A DNA stretch of 25,367 bases. Origin: a virus. Its lineage: Duplodnaviria; Caudoviricetes. Position numbers and translations under genes: made by a program. A model generated the notes under the pieces. The model was not told the DNA's origin. It saw only the letters and a program-made list of their open reading frames with translations, and made no database searches. This document shows, piece by piece, positions 7,986-16,100 of the stretch; position 1 is the first letter of the stretch, and every line of letters starts with the position of its first letter. The stretch covers positions 1 to 25,367 of the IMG/VR virus record IMGVR_UViG_3300042815_000076, one strand, 5' to 3'.

Positions 7986-8296
7986 ACCTCGATCAATATC
8001 AACGGTCAGCAATGACCTTCCGTTTACCTACAGCAGACCGTGAATATGCGCTACTCAATCTCTTTGCAGAGGCTGGTGAAGTTGCAGGCAAGGCAGCAAA
8101 GCACCGCCGAGATGGTGGCGATGTTGACGAATACAATATGCACATCAAGAAAGAACTTGGTGATGTAATGTGGCAGGTCGCTGCAGTTGCTAAAGACCAC
8201 GGCTTCACTTTGTCAGAAATATGTACACACAATCTGGAGAAGCTGTCATCAAGGCAACAGCGTGATGTCATTCAGGGCAGCGGTGACCTGCGATAG
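7982..8296 (+). CDS. mazG: MazG-like nucleoside triphosphate pyrophosphohydrolase
   Basis: YQ..A..F...L.AEAGEVAGK...KKELGDVMWQVA...NLEKL..RQQR..IQGSGD.R. Confidence 0.9.
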   Translation: MNLDQYQRSAMTFRLPTADREYALLNLFAEAGEVAGKAAKHRRDGGDVDEYNMHIKKELGDVMWQVAAVAKDHGFTLSEICTHNLEKLSSRQQRDVIQGSGDLR

Positions 8297-8297
8297 A

Positions 8298-8306
8298 TGG
8301 TATAAC
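8298..8306 (+). promoter_or_regulatory. Possible extended -10 promoter upstream of nrdA
   Basis: TG-G-TATAAC; no good -35 element. Confidence 0.4.
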
Positions 8307-8325
8307 TCCTGTCCCTCCCACACCT

Positions 8326-8350
8326 AAGCAGCTTCGGCTGCTTTCTTTTC
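8326..8350 (+). terminator. Intrinsic terminator-like hairpin
   Basis: AAGCAGC-TTCG-GCTGCTT followed by TCTTTTC; C(UUCG)G tetraloop. Confidence 0.7.
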
Positions 8351-8373
8351 CTCTAATCAAAAGGTATTACTCC

Positions 8374-10152
8374 ATGACATTCAAGGTTGACATTGACCTG
8401 TCCCGTGACGCATTGTTCGATGAACTCGGACTACAGCGACTCAAAGAAAGCTACATGAAAGATGATGAACAATCTCCACAAGAACGTTTCGCGTTTGTAT
8501 CAGCAGCATTTGCCAGCAATCAAAAACATGCTCAGCGACTGTATGACTACTCTAGTAAACATTGGCTCAGCTATTCTACTCCTATCTTATCTTTTGGTCG
8601 TTCTAAGCGCGGGTTGCCTATTAGCTGTTTTCTTAATTATATGGATGATAGTGCAGAAGGTTTGGTCGATAATCTTTCAGAGACTAACTGGCTCTCGATG
8701 ATGGGTGGTGGTGTCGGTGTTCACGTTGGTATCCGCAACAGTGACGACAAGTCGACAGGGGTTATGCCTCACTTGAAAATCTATGACGCTAGTTCATTGG
8801 CCTACCGTCAAGGACGCACACGCCGTGGTAGCTATGCTGCCTACCTCAACATCAATCACCCTGACATCATTCAGTTTCTGGAGATGCGTAAGCCCACTGG
8901 TGACCAGAACGTTCGCACCTTGAACATGCATCACGGCATCAACATGTCTGACGAGTTCATGAACATCATTGAACAATGCATGAAAGATGACGATGCCGAT
9001 GACAGCTTCAACCTGATCAACCCCGCCAACGGTGAAGTGGTTGAGACAGTATCGGCTAAGTATTTGTGGCAAAAGATTCTTGAGTTGCGTATGCAGACAG
9101 GTGAACCCTATCTCATCTTCATCAACACAGCCAACAAAGCTTTGCCGTCTTGGTTGAAAGACAAAGGCTTCACCATCAACGGTAGCAATCTTTGTACAGA
9201 AATCTTCTTGCCAACAAACGAGAAACGCACAGCCGTGTGCTGCTTGTCTTCATTGAATCTGGAATACTATGACGAATGGAAAAAAGATAAGCAGTTTATC
9301 ATTGATGTTATGGAGATGTTGGACAACGTGTTGCAACACTTTATTGACAATGCACCAGACACTATTGCCCGTGCTCGTGCCAGCGCTTTGATGGAACGTA
9401 GCATCGGTATTGGTACACTGGGCTTCCATGCTTTCTTGCAGAAGAAGGGTGTTGCCATTGATGGTGTTATGGCTAAGAGTTACAACAATGAAATCTTCAA
9501 ACACATCCACAACCAATGCACGATTGGTGACGCTATCTTGGTTACGTCACGTGGCGAATGCCCTGATGCACATCTCAGTGGTGTTCGTCGTCGCTTTAGT
9601 CATTGGACTGCTATTGCTCCCAACGCCAGCAGCAGCCTGATCATGGGCAACACGTCCCCATCAATCGAGCCTTATCGTGCTAATGTATTCCGTCAGGATA
9701 CATTGTCTGGTGCGTTCGTGTACAAGAATCGTTTCCTCAAAGCAGAGCTTGCACAGCTTGGTAAAGACGATGACGATACATGGGCATCCATCATTGCTAA
9801 CGATGGCTCTATCCAGCATCTGGACGTGCCTGAGCAGTTGAAGGAAGTGTACAAGACAGCAATGGAGATTGATCAGCGTTGGTTGATTGAGCTTGCTGCT
9901 GATCGTCAGAAGTACATTGATCAGGGACAGTCGGTGAATCTGTTCTTCCCTGCTAACGTGTCTGTGAAGTATCTGCACAGCGTTCACTTCCTTGCTTGGA
10001 AGAGTGGACTCAAGAGTCTGTACTATCTTCGCAGTGAGAAAGTGAAGAAGGCAGATAAGGTTGGTGCTCAGATTAAACGTCAGCGCATCGAAGACGAAAT
10101 TGATTTGAAACAAATTGCAGATGGTGACACCTGCTTAGCTTGCGAAGGATGA
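8374..10152 (+). CDS. nrdA: Class Ia ribonucleotide reductase alpha subunit (short, no ATP cone)
   Basis: PISCF, GSNLCTEI (thiyl Cys), VCCLSS, TAIAPNASSS, KSLYYLR, C-terminal CLACEG. Confidence 0.96.
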   Translation: MTFKVDIDLSRDALFDELGLQRLKESYMKDDEQSPQERFAFVSAAFASNQKHAQRLYDYSSKHWLSYSTPILSFGRSKRGLPISCFLNYMDDSAEGLVDNLSETNWLSMMGGGVGVHVGIRNSDDKSTGVMPHLKIYDASSLAYRQGRTRRGSYAAYLNINHPDIIQFLEMRKPTGDQNVRTLNMHHGINMSDEFMNIIEQCMKDDDADDSFNLINPANGEVVETVSAKYLWQKILELRMQTGEPYLIFINTANKALPSWLKDKGFTINGSNLCTEIFLPTNEKRTAVCCLSSLNLEYYDEWKKDKQFIIDVMEMLDNVLQHFIDNAPDTIARARASALMERSIGIGTLGFHAFLQKKGVAIDGVMAKSYNNEIFKHIHNQCTIGDAILVTSRGECPDAHLSGVRRRFSHWTAIAPNASSSLIMGNTSPSIEPYRANVFRQDTLSGAFVYKNRFLKAELAQLGKDDDDTWASIIANDGSIQHLDVPEQLKEVYKTAMEIDQRWLIELAADRQKYIDQGQSVNLFFPANVSVKYLHSVHFLAWKSGLKSLYYLRSEKVKKADKVGAQIKRQRIEDEIDLKQIADGDTCLACEG

Positions 10153-11114
10153 ATATGACAAAGACTAAAGCCGACATTACACAAGAACGTACCATCTTCA
10201 AACCGTTCAGGTTTCCTTGGGCCTATGATGCATGGCTACAACACGAGCAGTCTCACTGGCTGCACACCGAAGTGCCTATGTCAGAGGACGTTAAAGACTA
10301 TAAGAAGCTGCAGAAGGATGAGCAAGAGTTTCTGACAAAGATCTTGCGATTCTTTGTGCAGGGTGACTTGGACATTGGTAGTGGCTACCACGACCATTAC
10401 ATTCCTCTGTTCCGTCAACCGGAAGTGCGAATGATGATGAGCGGGTTTGCTGCCCGTGAAGCTTTGCATGTTGCAGCCTATGCACACCTGATCGAAACAT
10501 TGGGGTTGCCTGAGTCAACCTACAACGAGTTCCTGCAATATGCTGAGATGGTTGAGAAGCATGACTATCTGCAGCGCTTGAACGTAGCACCAGTGGCTGA
10601 GAAGATTGCTGTCATCTCTGCTTTCGGTGAAGGTATGCAGTTGTTCTCCAGCTTTGTTATGTTGCTCAACTTCGCACGTAACGGTAAGCTGAAAGGGCTT
10701 GGTCAAATTATTAGCTGGTCCATCCTTGATGAGACTATGCATGCTGAAGGAATGATAAAGGTCTATCGTGAATATGTTAAACATCATCAAGACGAAACTA
10801 CACCTGAGCAGATTAAAGAGATCGCTAAACAAATGGTTGCTCTTGAGGACCAGTTCATTGATCTTGCTTTTGGTATGGTGGAAGTTGAGAAGCTCACCAA
10901 AGAAGAAGTGAAAGAGTACATCCGCTACATTGCAGATCGTCGACTCATTGCTATGGGTATGAAAGGAATCTACAAGATTAAGAAGAATCCTTTACCGTGG
11001 GTTGATGGCATGCTCGGTACATCACACACCAACTTCTTTGAACAGAAGGTTACAGACTACAGCAAGGGTGCTCAGACTGGTACATGGGATGATGTGTGGG
11101 GTAAGGCAGCATGA
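10149..11114 (+). CDS. nrdB: Class Ia ribonucleotide reductase beta subunit
   Basis: FFVQGD, EALHVAAY (radical Tyr retained), EGMQLFSSF, DETMH, NFFEQKVTDY. Start at ATG 10149 or 10155. Confidence 0.96.
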   Translation: MNMTKTKADITQERTIFKPFRFPWAYDAWLQHEQSHWLHTEVPMSEDVKDYKKLQKDEQEFLTKILRFFVQGDLDIGSGYHDHYIPLFRQPEVRMMMSGFAAREALHVAAYAHLIETLGLPESTYNEFLQYAEMVEKHDYLQRLNVAPVAEKIAVISAFGEGMQLFSSFVMLLNFARNGKLKGLGQIISWSILDETMHAEGMIKVYREYVKHHQDETTPEQIKEIAKQMVALEDQFIDLAFGMVEVEKLTKEEVKEYIRYIADRRLIAMGMKGIYKIKKNPLPWVDGMLGTSHTNFFEQKVTDYSKGAQTGTWDDVWGKAA

Positions 11115-11293
11115 GACACTTCACCGTCAGCTACAACAGCGCTAACAACGTCTTCAAAGGTGTGTTGCATGTTGAAGCTATGACAATCTCTGATGCTCAA
11201 GACAAGTTTCTGTCTTGGCTTCGTGAGCAACCTAGCTATACACATCTCTGGCAACTCAGCTTTGAGTTTGTAGAGATTGGAACTAGTCTATAA
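11111..11293 (+). CDS. Hypothetical protein (60 aa)
   Basis: ATGA-coupled to nrdB; RBS TAAGG. Confidence 0.65.
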   Translation: MRHFTVSYNSANNVFKGVLHVEAMTISDAQDKFLSWLREQPSYTHLWQLSFEFVEIGTSL

Positions 11294-11325
11294 TGTCCCC
11301 TGAGAAGCCCCATTTCGGGGCTTCT
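11289..11325 (+). promoter_or_regulatory. -10 box followed by a 9-bp stem-loop in the phoH leader
   Basis: TATAAT at 11289-11294 (weak -35). AGAAGCCCC-ATTTC-GGGGCTTCT at 11303-11325. Confidence 0.5.
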
Positions 11326-11346
11326 TCACAACCAAAGGAAGTATCG

Positions 11347-12096
11347 ATGGTAACTAAGAAACGAGTAGCGCCTCACGTCATCCCTGACGCACCAGCACCA
11401 GCTACAAAGAACAATAGTTTGCGTGTTCGTCTTGACGACATGTCAACTATTCAACCCAAGACAGCAAAGCAGAAGGAGTTCTTTGATGCCTACAATGCTG
11501 GAGACTACTTCATGTGTCTGCATGGTGTTGCTGGTACAGGTAAGACCTACATTGCCCTGTACAAAGCGCTTGAAGAAGTGATGGACAAGACTAGCCCTTA
11601 CAAGAAGGTTGTCATTGTACGTAGCTCTGTGCAGAGTCGTGACATGGGTTTCTTGCCCGGTGATGCTAACGAGAAGATGGAGACATTCATCCAGCCCTAT
11701 CGTCAGATCTGTGCTGACCTGTTCAACCGCAAGGATGCATGGGATCGTTTAGCTGAGCAGGGCTACATTGAATTCATCTCCACCAGCTTCATTCGTGGCA
11801 CCACCTTCACCAACTCCATCCTGTTGGCTGACGAGATTCAGAACATGACGTTTGAAGAACTTGACACCATCGTCACTCGTGTTGGTCACACATCGAAGAT
11901 CATCTACTGCGGTGACATTCGACAGACTGACTTGAAGAAGAAGGATGACAAGACAGGCTTGCCAAAGTTCTTGGACATTGTTGAAGGCATGAAAGAGTTT
12001 AGCCGCTTTGAATTTGGTATGGACGACATTGTTCGTAGTAGCTTGGTGAAGAACTACATCATTGCTAAGACGCTGTATGAGGATCGACAACCATGA
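11347..12096 (+). CDS. phoH: PhoH-like ATPase
   Basis: GVAGTGKT (Walker A), MGFLPGD, FIRGTTF, DEIQN, GDIRQTDL, DIVRS. Start at ATG 11347 with RBS AAGGA. Confidence 0.95.
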   Translation: MVTKKRVAPHVIPDAPAPATKNNSLRVRLDDMSTIQPKTAKQKEFFDAYNAGDYFMCLHGVAGTGKTYIALYKALEEVMDKTSPYKKVVIVRSSVQSRDMGFLPGDANEKMETFIQPYRQICADLFNRKDAWDRLAEQGYIEFISTSFIRGTTFTNSILLADEIQNMTFEELDTIVTRVGHTSKIIYCGDIRQTDLKKKDDKTGLPKFLDIVEGMKEFSRFEFGMDDIVRSSLVKNYIIAKTLYEDRQP

Positions 12097-12275
12097 TACT
12101 AATCGAACTACGACAAGGCATCGGCCTTGACATTGAATACAACGAATCAATTTGTTATGTGGCAGATACCGATGAGGTTGAAGATGGCTTGTTTGCCTTT
12201 GTTGGCATCATCATCATGCTACCTTTCGTTAAGATTCACATTGGTGATATGAATCTGATCGGTGGTAAGCAGTGA
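12093..12275 (+). CDS. Hypothetical protein (60 aa) with hydrophobic C-terminal segment
   Basis: ATGA and GTGA coupling on both sides. Confidence 0.65.
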   Translation: MILIELRQGIGLDIEYNESICYVADTDEVEDGLFAFVGIIIMLPFVKIHIGDMNLIGGKQ

Positions 12276-12760
12276 TTGAAGTAGTTGTTACAGGCGACAT
12301 GCTCGTCACTGCTAGAGACAAAGCTGCAGAGATGGGTAAGCTGCGTAACAGCATTACCAACGGGGCTGGCAACATTGCTGGCTTCATTGGTGAAGCTATC
12401 GCTCAACAGGTTATGGGTGGTGTGTTAGCCAACACATACGACTACGACCTCATACTATGCAACGGCAAGACAGTGGATGTGAAGACTAAGCTGACTTCTG
12501 TAAAGCCTTTGGAAACATATGATTGCTCTATTGCTGGATTGAATACCACTCAAGACTGCAACTACTACGCCTTTGTTCGTGTGAAGAATGACTTGAGCGT
12601 GGGTTGGTTCTTGGGTGTGTACGAAAAACAACAGTATATGCTTGACAGTGTGTTTATGAAGAAGGGTACAATCGATACTAGCAATGGCTACACAGTGAAG
12701 TCTGATTGCTACAACCTCAAAATCAACCAATTGAAAGGACATGAATATGTCAACGAATAA
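12272..12760 (+). CDS. PD-(D/E)XK nuclease-fold protein
   Basis: GFIGEAIA...YDYDL....KTVDVKTK gives the E...D...DxK catalytic arrangement. Confidence 0.6.
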   Translation: MIEVVVTGDMLVTARDKAAEMGKLRNSITNGAGNIAGFIGEAIAQQVMGGVLANTYDYDLILCNGKTVDVKTKLTSVKPLETYDCSIAGLNTTQDCNYYAFVRVKNDLSVGWFLGVYEKQQYMLDSVFMKKGTIDTSNGYTVKSDCYNLKINQLKGHEYVNE

Positions 12761-12926
12761 AGCAACACTAATCTTCACCGACGACAACGATGGTGGCCTC
12801 AGTATTCAGATCTTGTTTGAACCAGAGAAGCCTAGCAAGGACATCAACTCACACGTTGCAGCCATCCTTGCTCACCAGTACATTGTCAAGAAAGTTGAGG
12901 AGGCATACGGTGATGAATCAGTTTAA
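12747..12926 (+). CDS. Hypothetical protein (59 aa)
   Basis: RBS AAGGA 7 nt upstream of ATG 12747. Confidence 0.65.
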   Translation: MSTNKATLIFTDDNDGGLSIQILFEPEKPSKDINSHVAAILAHQYIVKKVEEAYGDESV

Positions 12927-13089
12927 ACGTCCACAACATTTGCTGCGTATTCAGTTTGAGAAGGGCTACTACGCCTTCAGTCGTGGCTGGCTAACCAACA
13001 GCTACGATCCATCTAGCTTAGCTGGTATGGAATGGGAGCGCGGCTTTAATGCTGCCTACTTCGACAACCTTGCAAAGCTTAGACAGTAA
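12913..13089 (+). CDS. Rmf/CrpP-like small protein (58 aa)
   Basis: RBS GAGGAGG. EKGYYAFSRG...NSY......EWERGFNAA resembles the RMF pattern GY.A...G...(C)PY......W..GW..A. Confidence 0.55.
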   Translation: MNQFKRPQHLLRIQFEKGYYAFSRGWLTNSYDPSSLAGMEWERGFNAAYFDNLAKLRQ

Positions 13090-13091
13090 AT

Positions 13092-13129
13092 AAAAAGGGG
13101 TAGCTATAACGGCTACCCCTTTACTATTT
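13092..13129. terminator. Bidirectional intrinsic terminator between the convergent arms
   Basis: AAAAAGGGGTAGC-TATAACG-GCTACCCCTTTACTATTT, with A and T tracts flanking the stem. Confidence 0.85.
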
Positions 13130-13147
13130 GTCGGTAATTGTTGACTA

Positions 13148-16100
13148 TTACCGACGACTTGCAAGCCCACCTTTAGCCATCTTTTCTGCTGCGTTGAATA
13201 CAGCATTAAGCTCTTTCATACGACCAGCTTCCTCGACAGCATCGCCACCAAAGTTTGATCCGTAGTCAGACAATGTCTTGGTAAAATTCCTAAGCGCCTG
13301 TGCTTTTTGTTTTGCACCTGCAGCGTCAAGAATGTCGGCTACCTTGTTCAACTCATCAATCTTACTTAACTTATCAGCCTTGTCAAAGAACGAGTTTAGC
13401 TTTGTAGCAGATTGATGACCACGACCACCCTTCACTGAAACATTTGATGCCATATTGTTGATGACACTCATGAGGTCACGAACACCACCGTATGCTGTGT
13501 AGGCATCAGCAACACTCTTGGTCTTAACAGCATTCTTCAATGTAGCATTGAAGCGCTTGGCTGTCTCGTTGTACATTTCAGGTGATGCGTCCCTATTAGA
13601 CGGAGCAGTCAATGCCTTCATGTCTTTGCCACCGCTACTAAGTCTAAGCTTGTCAGCTTCAACCATCATGTCTTCTTTTTCAAAGTAACCAGCACGAGGC
13701 AAAGATATTGGACGAACAACTGTTGATGATCCGTTAATAGATCTTGCAATTGTGTTCAAGTCTTTAGTGTCATAAGCACCCGGTTGCATGTTGATTCTTG
13801 TGAACACATAATCCGCATATGGCATCTTAGTGTACAAGATGTTTTCAGGATTTGTACCACCAAACGAATCAGCGGTTGCATTCAGATTCAAATCGCTAGT
13901 AAACGATGGAGCACCCACCATCAGTTCGTCGTGATACTTAGGACTCCGTTGAGGACTTGTAAATCCTTTTGCTTTTACTGGTGCAATCTTTGCTGGTGTA
14001 TTACCGTGCCACAGTTTCTTATCAGGAACATCTTTATATTGTTCACGAAGAGTATCAAGTTTATTCTGATAGCTAGTCGCCATTTTCATACCAACATCTT
14101 TATCAGACGCTACGTTAAACTCACGGTTGAACTTGGCTCTAAACTCACCCTGCAATACACCCAACACTTCGTCATCGAACATGTCGAACGACTCGTCCTT
14201 CCGAATGTTGCTAAACTCTTTAGTCCTGTACTGTCTAATTGAATCCAACAAATCATTGCGTTGTTTGACGTAGTTCTTTTGCTGAGCGATAGTGGCATCG
14301 TCCACATCCAACTCTGGAATTTTAAAATTAAGATTGCCAGATTCAAAACCATCAACCTTCTTAGCAAGAGGCGTAGCAATAATGTCAGGTTCAAACGAAG
14401 CAAACTCATCATCCAACATTGAGTCGGCACCCTTACTTGGTGTAACAGCGATACCATTCACAGACACTTCGTTGCCATCAATGTCATACTCAATGTTGTC
14501 CACTAAAGACTCATCAGCCTTCTTAGCGAAAGGCGGTGGTGGCATTTCAGAATACTTCAACCCCTTAGCCTGACCAGTAAAGCTGTGCAGAGTATTGGCA
14601 TACTCTTCAGGACTAAACACTTTCATGTTTTCCAACTGAACCGGAGTATACGCTTCAAGCATAGCCTCCTCACCCATTGCATAGTCTTCATCAGCAAAGG
14701 CTTTAGAAGGCGTAGGAGCCTCCATCGTCTGTGCTGGTGGGGTAGGTAGGGCTTCTTCAATTGGTGCTTCTGTAGGGGCAGGAGCAGGCTTTGCTGCAGC
14801 TTTAGAAGCTTTAGGCAGCACAGGCTTCTTACCCATCAACATATTGGCTGTCTGGTCCATTGCTGGTGACGGTGTTGCTTGTTCAACAGGAGCGTCCACA
14901 CCAGCTTCTTTCCTGACCTGCTGCAGCAACGTCATTGTCTGGTCAAGTACTGAAGACTTACCAGCCTTTTTCAAAGCTTGTTTACCGATAGAACCACCAA
15001 CAGCAAAGCCGGGTTTGTCTTCCTGCACAGCCAATGGCGCACGTCCAACAATCTTAGATAGTTGCAAAGCAATGCCGTATTTGCGGAAGTCTGTATCTTC
15101 TGCGAAACTCTTACCCACTTGATCTTTATACAAAGCTAATGTAGCTCTACGAATCTTCGGTGCAAGCGATTCAAACTTCTTCTGTTCAATAGGAGGAACC
15201 TGTTCACGGCTGTAATAGTCCTGAATAGATTGCTGTGTTGCAACATTTTTAGCTTGAGTTTGCAGTTCTGTAAGTCGCTTCTTCAACTCAAGGAACTGCC
15301 CTTCTCTTGTGGCGGTGCTATATTGATCGCTACGCAGATAAGGCATTAAGCTAGACTCAATGTTTTCTGCCATAAACTTACGAGCCTGTGAATCAATTGT
15401 CTTATCACCTGTTGTTTTAAATACAGACTGATAAGGAATGTTGAGTCGTTCAATCTCTGTTTCAATCTCGTTCTTTGGTGGAATCAAAGCCAAGCCCGTC
15501 ATTTGCTTGAACGGACCAGAGTCACGTGGTGCAGCTTTCTCACGTGTTGCTGGTTGATATTCAGGCAATGCTTGTTTCAAAATGGGAATACCCTTCTGAA
15601 TAGATCGACCAACAACATCAGCACCAGACAACTTCTCACCCGGTTCGGTGACAAAGATGTCGCGTTGCATACCTTCATCTCTATCAAACGCACTAATCAA
15701 ATCACTGAACTGATTCAATGGTACAGTGGCTCGACCAAGCCATGCACCTAGAAACTCAGCACCAGACTTGTTCATTTTATTCAGAGCGGTTTCGTCTGTT
15801 TCATCGCCTGTAAAGGATGAAGCGATACTGGCTGTAGCTTCACGAGCAACATCAAGCATCTGACCTTGTGTACCAACGGCTTTGAAACCTGTCAGTGCTT
15901 CGACCAAGTCTTTAGTTGAGAAATCTTCAGGATTACCATTGGCTGTTTTGTAATAGAAATCAGCAAGCGCAAAAGGTACGTTTAATGGAAACAGATACTT
16001 AATGTCAACGGTTGTACCGTCATCACTCTTCATGATGTTCCAAGGAGTGTCTTGGTTTTCTTCACGATATTTGTAAGCAGCAATGAGTGTCGCAGCCCCT

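Noticed and set aside
2248-11114. Possible introns or inteins in the polymerase or nrdA/nrdB
   Set aside because: All three ORFs are continuous and of ordinary length, with motifs at normal spacing. No intein splice motifs seen.
10149-11114. Metal-free or Mn/Fe (class Ic/Ie) variant of NrdB
   Set aside because: The Asp first ligand, both ExxH motifs and the radical Tyr are all present, consistent with ordinary class Ia.
169-13206. Minus-strand and alternate-frame ORFs within the replication arm
   Set aside because: They overlap genes with clear catalytic motifs and have no independent support. The nested Rz1 is different because it has an RBS and a lipobox.
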